A stretch of 64,000 nucleotides of DNA, taken from positions 1,216,001-1,280,000 of the forward strand of contig CAWKDB010000002.1 of the NCBI GenBank assembly GCA_963848295.1, given 5' to 3'. Position 1 is the stretch's first letter. Every line of letters starts with the position of its first letter. This document shows, piece by piece, positions 10,546 through 21,812 of this stretch. The notes under the pieces are model-generated. The model searched no databases and was not told the DNA's origin. It worked only from the letters and a program-made list of their open reading frames with translations. Origin of the DNA: an uncultured delta proteobacterium. Lineage in GTDB: Bacteria; Myxococcota_A; Polyangia; Haliangiales; Haliangiaceae. Both the position numbers and the translations under genes were made by a program.

Positions 10546-11273
10546 GGCGCAACCTCGTCTTCGGCGGCATCCTCGTCGCCGAGCGCCTTCGTCCCGGCTT
10601 TGCGCTCCGGCTTGGCCGCGGGCTCGGCGGCCTTGGCATCGGGCTCGGGCTTCGCGTCCGTCTTGGCCACGTCCTCGGCCTTGGCCCCTGGTTTCGCGTC
10701 TGGCTTGGCGCCCGCCGGCTTGGCCTGTTTCGACGGCTTGGCCTGCTTGGCCTTGGCCTTGGCCTTCGCAGCCGGCTTGTCGTCGAGCGCGAGCCGCGCC
10801 TTGATCTCGCGATCGATCTGCTCGCGCACGGTCGCGGCCTGGCCGGCGTCCATTCGCTCGAGCTCTTTGATCACCTCGATCGCCTGGGCGCGATAGCGCG
10901 CGATCATCTCGTCGAGGTCGCGCTGCGACAGCTTGCCCATCTCGTGATCGAACTCGGCTTCCTTGATCGCCTTGAGCAGCGTCTTCTTCTCGCGTTCGAG
11001 CTCGCTGCGCGCGCCGGCGGGTCGGCCCCAGCCGCCTTCGTCCTGCTCGGCGCCCGCAGCCGCGGCGCCCGTGCGCCATAGGTTGTAGACCGTCGCCATG
11101 ACCGCGAGATAGCCGAGCGCGATCACGATCACGGGCGGCGTGAAGTGAAATTTGTTTTCCCACAAGATGAACAACCAGCCGGCGACGAGCCCGACGAGGA
11201 ACAGGATGTGACGAAGCAGCCACTGGGTCGCTTGCGCGAACAGCCGGAACGGTGGCGCCATCGTCATCGTCAC
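10542..11273 (-). CDS. Membrane protein resembling the CcmI N-terminal cytoplasmic helical region, with Lys/Ala-rich tail
   Basis: Two TMs, then ELEREKKTLLKAIKEAEFDHEMGKLSQRD; GTGA overlap with the ccmF stop. Confidence 0.65.
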   Translation of the reverse strand: MTMTMAPPFRLFAQATQWLLRHILFLVGLVAGWLFILWENKFHFTPPVIVIALGYLAVMATVYNLWRTGAAAAGAEQDEGGWGRPAGARSELEREKKTLLKAIKEAEFDHEMGKLSQRDLDEMIARYRAQAIEVIKELERMDAGQAATVREQIDREIKARLALDDKPAAKAKAKAKQAKPSKQAKPAGAKPDAKPGAKAEDVAKTDAKPEPDAKAAEPAAKPERKAGTKALGDEDAAEDEVAP

Positions 11274-14074
11274 TCGGTGCGCGACAGCTCGTCGTCGAGC
11301 TTGTCGGCGTAATCGTCGTCGTCGGCGACGGTGGTCGGCTTCGCGGCCGCGGACGCCGCAGCGGTCACCGCCGGAGTGGCATGGCCACGGCCCATCCAGC
11401 GGCGACCCGCGACCAGCAACAGCCCGAGCGCTCCGACCGCCGCGATCGATGGAAACAGCCAGCTCACCCGGCTGCGCGGGTTCACGAGCACGCGCTCGCC
11501 GCCGTAATCTGCGACGAACGACGCGATCACCGCGTCGTACGCGCGATCTCGCCCGTCGTCGGTCGACAGGTCGAACACCGGCTTGCCCGTGTCGTCGGTC
11601 GCCGCCATCAGATCGATGATCTTCTTGCGCAGTTGCGATGCGGTTCCACAGTCGCAGTCGAACACGCTCAGCCGCGTGCATCCGCCGCACACGCAGTTGA
11701 GATCCTTCATCGCGCGCGCCGCGGTCTCGGCGACCGCATCGACCTGCGCCATCGGCATCGTCTGGGTCGTCCAGCCTGCGGCCTGGAGCGCGGCCCACAG
11801 CGTCTCGCGGCTCGGTCGATATTCGGCGGCGTAGCCCTTCGCTTGCTGGCCCATGCCCATGCCGGCCTCGACATGCTCGGCGCCGCCCCCCGCGGCGTTC
11901 GCTTGGTGCGAGAGACCGAGCATGCCGGCGAGCAGCACGCCGATGATGATGCTGGTATCGGCGACGCGGCCGAGCTTCGCGCGCGGCTTCCACTGCATCG
12001 CGTCGACCAGCCGTTGCGGGATCAGACAGATCAGCGTGCCGCCGGCCATGATCAAGAACCCGATCCACACCCACAAGATCAGCGGGTTGACGAAGATGCG
12101 GAAGTTCGCGAGCCCGGAGTCGGTGTCGTAACCGGTCAGCACCAAGTAAATGTCGCCGCCCCCGAGCTCGTCGAGCTGCTGCGGCCAACCGCGCGTGCTG
12201 ATCGCGACCTCGGTCGTCGTCTGCTGCTCGCCCTTCTTGAAGCTCCACTTCGCCGGATACAGCGTGTCGATGCGATCACCGTCGAGATAGATCCCGACCT
12301 GGGCGGTGATCGCGGTCTTGTTGTCGTCCGAGGTCCGGATCAGGCGCTCGTACACGAACTCGTAGCCGCCGTAGTCGAATGTCGCCGGGCCTCCGCCTTG
12401 CGCCGCGCGCGCACCCGGTTTGGCGATCGTGCGGTCGACCATGTGGTCGTACGCCTTGCCGGCGAAGCCCATGAACAACACCGCGACGCCGAGGTGGACG
12501 ATGTAGCCGCCGTACTTGCGACGCTTGGACAGCACGAGCCCGATCATCGAGGTCACCGGATCGGAGCCGGTCTGCCGGCTGCGCACCATCATGCCGCGGA
12601 AGAACTCTTGACCGATCGAACCCAGCACGAACCCGATCAGCCCGAAGTTGATGAGCGAGATCGGCAGCTTGAAATCGTCGGCGAAGATCGGGCTCAGGTG
12701 CTTGGTCTGCGGGAACAGCACGACCGCGCCGACCACGGTGACCGCCATCATCGCGAACGGGAACACGAACTGATGCTTCAGGCGCTCGACCGTCGTCTTG
12801 CGCCAAGCGAGCAATGGCGCCGCGCCGGCCAAGAACAGCAAGACGAGCCCGAACGGGGTCATCCACTTGTTGAAGAACGGGATGCCGACACTCTTGCGAT
12901 CGCCGACGAGCGCCTCCGACATCGTCGGGAACATCGTCGCGAACAACACGAAGAACGCACACGCGAGCAAGATCCAGTTGTTCAACAGGAACGCGAACTC
13001 GCGCGAGTAGAACGAATCGAACTGGGTCCGCGTCGCGAGCTGGTTCGAGCGATAGACGATGAGGCCGATCGAGACGATCAGGATCGCCGCCATGAACACG
13101 ATGAACTGGAGCGCGAGCACGTTGTCCTCGCCGAACGCGTGCACCGACTGCACCGCGCCCGACCGGGTCATGAACGTGCCGAAGATCGTGAGGAAGAACG
13201 TCAGGACGACGAGCGACAGGTTCCAGATCTTCATCATCCCGCGCTGCTCTTGGATGATCGCGGAGTGCAAGAACGCGGTCGCGGTGAACCACGGGATGAG
13301 GCCGGCGCACTCGACCGGATCCCACGCCCAGTAGCCGCCCCAGCCGAGCTCTTCGTAGGCCCACCGGCCGCCGAGGATCAGGCCGAGCGACAGGAAGCCG
13401 AAGCAGATCAGCATCCACACGCGAACCGAGCCGAGCCACATGTCGTCGAGTCGGTTCGAGGCGAGCGCGCCGATCCCGAACGCGAACGGGATCGTGGCGG
13501 CGACAAAGCCGGTGTAGAGCGAAGGCGGATGGATGACCATCCAGTAGTTCTGTAAGAGCGGATTGAGGCCCTTGCCGTCGACCGGCGGCATCGTGAGGAA
13601 CGTGTTGAACGGGTTCTTCGTGAAGATCAGCAGCGACAGGAAGAACACCTGGACGACCATGATCGTCGCGACGACGAACCCGATCATGTCGCGATGCCGC
13701 TTGTGGTTGACCGCGATCGCGACGACCGAGAACAGCGACAGGACGAGCACCCAGAACAGCAGCGAGCCGTCCAGCCCGCCCCAGAACGCGGTGACCTTGT
13801 ACGCGGTCGGCATCGACGTATCGCTGGTCTGCGCGACGTACTTGATCGTGAAGTCGTGCGTGACGAAGGCGTAGATCATCAGCGCCGACGCGAGCCCGAT
13901 CAGCGCGCCGAAGCCGTACAACCCGTAGACCGACGACGTGACGAGCCGGCGATTCTTGCGCGCGTTACCGGCGATACCCGCGGCGACGCACCAGCCGGCC
14001 ACGGCGTACGCGGCCAATAGCGCGATCGTGCCGACCAGCGCGACCGGCGAGAACGGAGCTTGGCCGGCGGTCAT
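11270..14074 (-). CDS. ccmF: Cytochrome c synthetase CcmF fused to a C-terminal CcmH-like domain
   Basis: GLNPLLQ, IHPP, WGGYWAWDPVE, AFLHS, SVHAF and IVHLG motifs; C-terminal LNCVCGGC..DCDC..ASQLR..FVADYGGERVLVNP plus TM. Confidence 0.93.
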   Translation of the reverse strand: MTAGQAPFSPVALVGTIALLAAYAVAGWCVAAGIAGNARKNRRLVTSSVYGLYGFGALIGLASALMIYAFVTHDFTIKYVAQTSDTSMPTAYKVTAFWGGLDGSLLFWVLVLSLFSVVAIAVNHKRHRDMIGFVVATIMVVQVFFLSLLIFTKNPFNTFLTMPPVDGKGLNPLLQNYWMVIHPPSLYTGFVAATIPFAFGIGALASNRLDDMWLGSVRVWMLICFGFLSLGLILGGRWAYEELGWGGYWAWDPVECAGLIPWFTATAFLHSAIIQEQRGMMKIWNLSLVVLTFFLTIFGTFMTRSGAVQSVHAFGEDNVLALQFIVFMAAILIVSIGLIVYRSNQLATRTQFDSFYSREFAFLLNNWILLACAFFVLFATMFPTMSEALVGDRKSVGIPFFNKWMTPFGLVLLFLAGAAPLLAWRKTTVERLKHQFVFPFAMMAVTVVGAVVLFPQTKHLSPIFADDFKLPISLINFGLIGFVLGSIGQEFFRGMMVRSRQTGSDPVTSMIGLVLSKRRKYGGYIVHLGVAVLFMGFAGKAYDHMVDRTIAKPGARAAQGGGPATFDYGGYEFVYERLIRTSDDNKTAITAQVGIYLDGDRIDTLYPAKWSFKKGEQQTTTEVAISTRGWPQQLDELGGGDIYLVLTGYDTDSGLANFRIFVNPLILWVWIGFLIMAGGTLICLIPQRLVDAMQWKPRAKLGRVADTSIIIGVLLAGMLGLSHQANAAGGGAEHVEAGMGMGQQAKGYAAEYRPSRETLWAALQAAGWTTQTMPMAQVDAVAETAARAMKDLNCVCGGCTRLSVFDCDCGTASQLRKKIIDLMAATDDTGKPVFDLSTDDGRDRAYDAVIASFVADYGGERVLVNPRSRVSWLFPSIAAVGALGLLLVAGRRWMGRGHATPAVTAAASAAAKPTTVADDDDYADKLDDELSRTE

Positions 14075-14619
14075 TGGCCGGCTGGCTGGTTAGGGTCGTA
14101 CTTGGTCTTGAGATCGTTCGATGCGCCGTCGGCGTACTTCGACGGGCACTTCGCCGACAGCTCGCTCGAATCGACGACCCAGTCCTGCTCGGCGGCAGCC
14201 CGCACCGGGCACGCGGTCGCCGGCTTGCCTTGATCCGCGAGGTCCTTGCACAGCGCGTCGGCATCGGCCTGCATCGTGGCCGCATGGACCAAGTGGCCGG
14301 TCGCGATCACATCCGCCTTGTCCTTGAACGTGTCGGGCTTGGGGCCAATGTTGAACACTCGGATCCGGCTGCCCTTGAACTCGAGCACGAACGTCCGGTG
14401 GGTCTCTTGGTTGACGACCGACTCGACGATCGAGCCCGGTACGACCGTGCCATGCACCTTGAGCTCTTTGCCCTCGTAGCTCTGCAGCGGATCCTTCACG
14501 AGGTCGTTGACCGCGCGATAGGTCTGCGCGCTCGCCAGGCCTTGGAACACGAGGAAGCCCGCACCGCCCACGGCGACGGCCGCGGTGATGAGGACTTTAG
14601 CGAGGGTGGATCTCTGCAT
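14071..14619 (-). CDS. ccmE: Heme chaperone CcmE, Cys (CxxxY) variant
   Basis: N-terminal TM, VHGTVVPGSI, PDTFKD..DVIATG and LSAKCPSKY. Confidence 0.9.
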   Translation of the reverse strand: MQRSTLAKVLITAAVAVGGAGFLVFQGLASAQTYRAVNDLVKDPLQSYEGKELKVHGTVVPGSIVESVVNQETHRTFVLEFKGSRIRVFNIGPKPDTFKDKADVIATGHLVHAATMQADADALCKDLADQGKPATACPVRAAAEQDWVVDSSELSAKCPSKYADGASNDLKTKYDPNQPAGQ

Positions 14620-14759
14620 GTAGGCGTACCTCCGCGGGTTGCGGCGGGCCGGCGTCCCGTGTCTCACGCAACCGTAGCACGCGAAGTGGCATTCCCGACA
14701 GCCGATGCGCCCTCAGCACGGGGACCCGGCCCGTCCATGGGGCCTCCGGCCCGCGCGGC

Positions 14760-15824
14760 TCAGCCGCCGATGCCGATCATGTGCTTCGAGGGGGGGTGTG
14801 CGGCGAGCTCGTGACCCGAGCGCTTTCCGAACACTGCCCCGGCGATGGCCCGACCCAAATCGCCGTCGCTGCCGCCCGTGCGCACGACATCGCGCAGGCT
14901 GACTGCGTCATCATGCCCTAGGCAAGCATGGAGCTCGCCGGTCGCGGTCAGCCGCAGCCGGTTGCAGTCAGCGCAGAAGTGCTCGGTCATCGCGGAGATG
15001 ATCCCGAACCGGCGCCGCGGGTCGCTCGCCAGCGCCCAGTAGCGCGCCGGGCCCGGATCTGCGGACTCGGGCACCACGGCTACGAGCCGGCCCAGAGCGG
15101 CTTCGATCGCCTGGCGAATGTTCGCAGCCGCGATCGCGGCGGACCCATCATAGAGGGCGCCGCCGGACATCGGCATGTGCTCGATGAACCGCGGCGTGAT
15201 GGAACGATCCCAGGCGAACGCGCACAGCGCGGCGAGCTCGCCGTCGTTGACCCCGTACAGTGCGACCGCGTTCGTCGCGACTCGTAGCCCGGCCGCACAC
15301 GCGGCATCGATCCCGCGGATGACCGCCGCGACCTCGCCGCGCCCGGTGATCGCGTGGAAGCGCGCCGGATCGAGCGTATCGAGCGAGACGTTGACCGCGC
15401 CGAGCCCGGCCTCCGCGAGCGGCGCTGCGAGGTCGGCGAGCAGGTGGCCATTCGTCGTCAGCGCGAGCTGCTCGATGCCCGGCACGCCGGCGAGCCGGCG
15501 GACGAGCTCGACGATGCCGCGTCGCACCGTGGGCTCACCGCCGGTGAGCCGGAGCTTGCGGACACCGAGCCGCGCGAACACCGCCGCGATCCGCTCGAGC
15601 TCCTCGAACGTGAGCAGCGCGCTGCGCGGCTCGAACGCGAGCTGGTCGCCGAGCTCCTCGGGCATGCAGTAGGCGCAGCGGTAGTTGCATCGGTCGGTCA
15701 CCGACATCCGCAGGTAGCGCACGCGGCGCGCGAAGGTGTCCACCAGGCTGGTGGGTAGCTGGACGATCTCCCGGTCGCCCGGCGCCCGATCGAGCACCGG
15801 GATCTCCTTCGCGTTGCCGACCAT
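14760..15824 (-). CDS. moaA: GTP 3',8-cyclase MoaA
   Basis: SVTDRCNYRCAYC, LTGGEP, FCADCNRLR...C and C-terminal IGG; start inferred. Confidence 0.95.
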   Translation of the reverse strand: MVGNAKEIPVLDRAPGDREIVQLPTSLVDTFARRVRYLRMSVTDRCNYRCAYCMPEELGDQLAFEPRSALLTFEELERIAAVFARLGVRKLRLTGGEPTVRRGIVELVRRLAGVPGIEQLALTTNGHLLADLAAPLAEAGLGAVNVSLDTLDPARFHAITGRGEVAAVIRGIDAACAAGLRVATNAVALYGVNDGELAALCAFAWDRSITPRFIEHMPMSGGALYDGSAAIAAANIRQAIEAALGRLVAVVPESADPGPARYWALASDPRRRFGIISAMTEHFCADCNRLRLTATGELHACLGHDDAVSLRDVVRTGGSDGDLGRAIAGAVFGKRSGHELAAHPPSKHMIGIGG

Positions 15825-15901
15825 CGGGAGGTGGAGCCTCACCCTCGCAGTTGACCGTTCGGCAACGATGCCGTCAAGCCACCGCGCGCGATCGGTATTA
15901 C

Positions 15902-15930
15902 TTGACAGATCGAGCGAAACCGCGCATTTA
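15902..15930 (+). promoter_or_regulatory. Possible sigma70 promoter (TTGACA-17-CATTTA)
   Basis: Perfect TTGACA at 15902 in a divergent intergenic region; the -10 box is weak. Confidence 0.3.
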
Positions 15931-15970
15931 TCCGCCCGCCGCAACCTCGCGGCAGGAGCCAAACAGATTG

Positions 15971-16303
15971 ATGTTGCAGACTGCTCCCACGACGCCGCTC
16001 GACGGCCTGTGGATTTTGCTGGTCCAGAACGAAGGCGAGCTCGCGACCCAGGACAACGACGGTCGCGTGCCGGTGATGGCGCGCGCGGGAGACGACCGCC
16101 GCTACCTCCTCGTGTTCAAGAACGTCGCGAAGGCACGCGAGTTCGTCGCTACGAGCGAGCTCGACGGAGCCGAGCCCCGGATGGTCGTACGGGGCAACCG
16201 CGAAGACATCGTGAGGATCGCGAAGAGCGCCGGTGTCGTCGGGACGTTGCTCGACTACGATCCGTCGACGCAGAAGTACGCGTCGACGACCGCACTCGCG
16301 TAA
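15971..16303 (+). CDS. Hypothetical protein (110 aa)
   Basis: AGGAG upstream, GC3-biased codons, fills the gap between moaA and the methylase. Confidence 0.7.
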   Translation: MLQTAPTTPLDGLWILLVQNEGELATQDNDGRVPVMARAGDDRRYLLVFKNVAKAREFVATSELDGAEPRMVVRGNREDIVRIAKSAGVVGTLLDYDPSTQKYASTTALA

Positions 16304-16306
16304 CCG

Positions 16307-17173
16307 TCAGCCCGTGATCACCAGCTCGTCGACGTCGCCGCGGCGCGACGCATCGCTGTTGATCGCCCGAGCGCACTTGACGCGCTCGATCTTGAACCCG
16401 CGGTAGATCGATCGCATGAACGGCGTGTCGCTGTTCGACAGCATCACCTTGCAGCCGCGCGCGATCAGCTTGCGCGCGGTGTCGGCCAACGCGCGTTGCT
16501 CGTCGGCAGCGAACACGCCCGCGGTGTAGCTCGTGAAGTTTGCGGTCGGCGTGACCGGATCGTACGGCGGATCGAAGTACAAGAAGTCGCCGCGCTCGGC
16601 ATCGGCCACCGCGGTCTGGTAGTCGCCGCAGCGCAGCTCCGTGCGCTCGAGCACCGCGGCGGCGGCGTGCAGGGCGGCAGGCACGCAGATCGGCGGATCG
16701 GTGTAGCGTCCGATCGGGACGTTGAAGTCGCCCGATCGGTTGACGCGCCACAGGCCGTTGAAGCACGTCTTGTTGAGGTAGATGAACGCGGCCGCGCGAT
16801 CGGCCGCAGGCCAGCTCACGTCGCGATCGTTCCAGCGCTCGCGCATCGCGTAGTAGTGACGTTCGTCATGCACCGAGCGATGGTGCTGGAGGCGACGGAT
16901 CACGGCGGTGACATCGCTGCGCAGCGCGGTGTACAGGCCGATCAGATCGGCGTTGCTGTCGGCGAGCACGGCGCGCTCGGGCGCGAGGCGGAAGAACAGC
17001 GCGGCGCCGCCGGCGAACGGCTCGTAATACCGGCCGAGCTTGGCCGGGATCCGAGCGAGCAACTCGGGGAGCAGTCGGGTCTTGCCGCCGACCCACTTGA
17101 CGACCGGTGCGGCGACCGGGTCTGCGAGCGGCGCGATGCGCGGCAGAGCTGCCGCGCGCATGCGTTGAGCCAT
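16307..17173 (-). CDS. Dam-family (D12 class) DNA adenine methyltransferase, orphan
   Basis: KWVGGK, YYEPFAGGAA, CFNGLWRVN..FNVP, YFDPPY and LSNS. Confidence 0.93.
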   Translation of the reverse strand: MAQRMRAAALPRIAPLADPVAAPVVKWVGGKTRLLPELLARIPAKLGRYYEPFAGGAALFFRLAPERAVLADSNADLIGLYTALRSDVTAVIRRLQHHRSVHDERHYYAMRERWNDRDVSWPAADRAAAFIYLNKTCFNGLWRVNRSGDFNVPIGRYTDPPICVPAALHAAAAVLERTELRCGDYQTAVADAERGDFLYFDPPYDPVTPTANFTSYTAGVFAADEQRALADTARKLIARGCKVMLSNSDTPFMRSIYRGFKIERVKCARAINSDASRRGDVDELVITG

Positions 17174-17305
17174 GCGAGCAATGGTCGATGTGGGAGATCA
17201 TGCGACCAACTTTTCGGCCGCATGTTCGCGCACTTCGATAAGGCGCTATCGAACGAACGCGCGTATCGTGGATCGTGATGAGGTGTGGCGCATGGTCGTG
17301 AAGCA

Positions 17306-18628
17306 ATGAGGCGATCGCCGCGGTTGCTGTGCTTACTCGCGCTGCTGTCGGCGTGTGTCCAGACGCCGGCCGATGTGGTCGCCAAGATCAAGATCATCCC
17401 CGCCACGCCCGGCGACGACATCGAGCTCTATCTCGGAACCAACGCGCGACCGGGTCACCTGTCCGAGATCGCAGCCGATCAGCTCGCGATCGATCAGGTC
17501 CAAGCGTACGCCGTCGACCAGATCAAGCCGCACCTCGTCCTTCCTGCGGACTACGAGACGTATATCTCGGATTCTGAAGCGACCCTGGGCGCGGTGATCG
17601 CGTTCGAGGACCATGCGACCTACGCCGCCGCTGCCACGATCGACCTGTCCGCCGATCCGGCCCCCACCTACATGCTGCAGCTACAGGCGATCGGTGCGGC
17701 GTCGGGCCTCGACGCCGTCGAGTGGGGGCCGACCGACCCGACGGACGGCGAAGCGTCGAACGAGTGCGCGTACTACAACGGGCCCGATGCAGACGACAAG
17801 CAACTCGAGGTCGCGCTCGTCGTCGATACCGACACCGCGACGACCGTGACACCGTACGTCGACCTCGACTGCGACGGCTACCACGCGTCCACGGACGGCC
17901 AAACGCTCGAATGCAACGACCGCGTCTACGATTCGATGGGTCAGGCCGGCGACGATTCGACGTGCGTCGCGCCCTACCCGGCCGAGAACGACGACTGCCT
18001 CGTCGTCGGGCAGGCGTGCAACGACGGCACGCCGACGCCGACGGGATGCCCGGACACCATCACCGCGCAGAACCTGACGAAGTGGTGCGTTCCGACCGGC
18101 TATTGCGACGATCCGAGCTCCATCGCCAGCTCGCTGGCGGACATGATCGCGAAGCCGTCGATGACCGCCGGCGAGATCTCCTGCGACGTAGAGATCGATC
18201 CCCGTGACGGCCAGCCATGCGCGCCGACCGTCACCGCGACCGGATCTCCCGATCTCGTGCTGTGCGGGGGAATGCAGGCGATCGACGTCGAGATCGGTGC
18301 GGGCGGCCCGCCTTACGGGATGGACGCGATCATGCCGAACACGATGGACGCGACGGTCAGCGTGTCCCAGTCATCGGTCCCGTGCACGCTCGCGTTCTCG
18401 TTTAGCGGCGACTGGTCCGCGTTGGCCGGTGACGTGACCACGACGACGACACTCATGCTCGCCGTCACGCCGAGCGGCTCCGCTCGCGGCTTCGTCCTGC
18501 CGGTCTCGTTCACGACGACCGCGATCCGGATGGGCCAGACCTGCATGGACAGCCCTCCAGCATGCGCGGTGATGCTTCCGACCGCCGCGGCGGACCAGAG
18601 CCTGAGCGCGTGCCTCAACGCGCCGTGA
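17306..18628 (+). CDS. Acidic Cys-rich predicted lipoprotein
   Basis: Lipobox LLSAC; DLDCDGY and ECND motifs; many Cys, Asp and Thr. Confidence 0.75.
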   Translation: MRRSPRLLCLLALLSACVQTPADVVAKIKIIPATPGDDIELYLGTNARPGHLSEIAADQLAIDQVQAYAVDQIKPHLVLPADYETYISDSEATLGAVIAFEDHATYAAAATIDLSADPAPTYMLQLQAIGAASGLDAVEWGPTDPTDGEASNECAYYNGPDADDKQLEVALVVDTDTATTVTPYVDLDCDGYHASTDGQTLECNDRVYDSMGQAGDDSTCVAPYPAENDDCLVVGQACNDGTPTPTGCPDTITAQNLTKWCVPTGYCDDPSSIASSLADMIAKPSMTAGEISCDVEIDPRDGQPCAPTVTATGSPDLVLCGGMQAIDVEIGAGGPPYGMDAIMPNTMDATVSVSQSSVPCTLAFSFSGDWSALAGDVTTTTTLMLAVTPSGSARGFVLPVSFTTTAIRMGQTCMDSPPACAVMLPTAAADQSLSACLNAP

Positions 18629-20677
<2,049 letters not shown>

Positions 20678-20738
20678 ACGCAGCTCCGAGCGGCCGGTAT
20701 AGCGCAGAATTTCGGGGTTCGGTGTTAGTGTGAAGACC

Positions 20739-21668
20739 ATGCGCGCAGCGATCGCGGCGGCGACGATCGGCTTGCTCGCGGTGGTCGCCGCGGCGCAGCC
20801 GGCGCCAAAGCTCGCGCGTGCGAAGCAGCTGTACGAAGCCGCGACCCAGGAGATGGCGGACGGCAAGTTCGCCGACGCCGCCCGCGACTACACCGAGGCG
20901 TATCAGCTGTCCCGCGACCCGGTGTTGTTCTACAAGATCGGGGTCGCGAACGAGAAGGCCGGGGACTGCGACGTCGCGTTGATCTATTACGGGCGCTACG
21001 TTCACGACGCGCATCCCAAGCCCGCGTTCGTCGAGCTCGCGAAGGCGAGGATCGCGGCGTGCGGCGGGGATCCGAGGAGCGCGCAGGCGGGAGGCGGAGA
21101 TGAGCCGTCACCGCAGCCGCAACCGTCACCGCAGCCGCAGCCGCAGCCGCCGTCGCAGCCGCAGCCGTCGCCGTCGCCGCAGCCGCAGCCGTCACCGCAG
21201 CCGTCGCAGCAACCGCAACCGCAGCCGTCGCCGCAGCCGCAGCCGTCGCAGCAACAGCCGCCTCCTCCGGTTGCGCCTCTCGCCAGTGAAGACAAGAAGG
21301 CGGCTCCGCCGAAAGCGCACGGGCAGAATGCGGCGTGGCTGATGGTCGGAGGCGCGTTGACGTTCATCACGACCGGATCGGTGCTCGCGTATGCAACGAG
21401 CTCGTCCGAGCAGGATGTCCGCGACCTCTATGTCGGGCTCGGAGGGTTGCCGCCGAGCTACAACGCGACGACGGCGAAGCACTACCAGGATTTGCTCGAC
21501 GAAGGTCATCGCTACGAGGACCTCGCATGGGCGTCGTTCGCGGTCGCCGGGGCATGCGCGATCACGGCCGCGATCCTGTTCAAGACTGGGCCGAGCGAGC
21601 ACACGCTCGCGGTCACGCCGATCGCGGCGCCGCACACCGGTGGGATCGCCGCCGCGATCAAGTTCTGA
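20739..21668 (+). CDS. Exported TPR protein with Pro/Gln linker and C-terminal TM helices
   Basis: Signal peptide, TPR-like helices, (PQPQPS)n at about 21103-21260, hydrophobic C-terminal segments. Confidence 0.8.
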   Translation: MRAAIAAATIGLLAVVAAAQPAPKLARAKQLYEAATQEMADGKFADAARDYTEAYQLSRDPVLFYKIGVANEKAGDCDVALIYYGRYVHDAHPKPAFVELAKARIAACGGDPRSAQAGGGDEPSPQPQPSPQPQPQPPSQPQPSPSPQPQPSPQPSQQPQPQPSPQPQPSQQQPPPPVAPLASEDKKAAPPKAHGQNAAWLMVGGALTFITTGSVLAYATSSSEQDVRDLYVGLGGLPPSYNATTAKHYQDLLDEGHRYEDLAWASFAVAGACAITAAILFKTGPSEHTLAVTPIAAPHTGGIAAAIKF

Positions 21669-21783
21669 GCCGGGCAACCGCTGAACGTCCGGCTGGCGCG
21701 CGGCGATCGCGGCGCGGTGCCTCGCTGGCACGATCCAGGTTTGCCGGCGCTTGAACATCGCGGAGTTGCGAGCGGGCGGGCGT

Positions 21784-21799
21784 TGGCGCGCGGCTTGTT
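21784..21799 (+). promoter_or_regulatory. Candidate sigma54 -24/-12 promoter for the secretin gene
   Basis: TGGCGCG-CGGC-TTGT versus consensus TGGCACG-N4-TTGC, about 14 nt before ATG 21813. Confidence 0.35.
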
Positions 21800-21812
21800 A
21801 AGCAGCTGCGGA

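Noticed and set aside
11252..13555. Long antisense or alternate-frame ORFs (also 18638-20728, 33355-34995, 36821-38572, 21917-23686)
   Set aside because: Shadow ORFs of real genes in high-GC DNA; Arg/Ala-rich with no motifs
16307..17173. Restriction-modification or prophage island around the methylase
   Set aside because: No endonuclease, integrase or phage genes are adjacent
21103..21260. CAGCCG-rich repeat as a non-coding or mobile element
   Set aside because: It encodes an in-frame Pro/Gln/Ser linker of the TPR protein
21726..21744. Sigma54 promoter at TGGCACG...TTGC
   Set aside because: GG-to-GC spacing exceeds the required 10 nt; the 21784 site fits better
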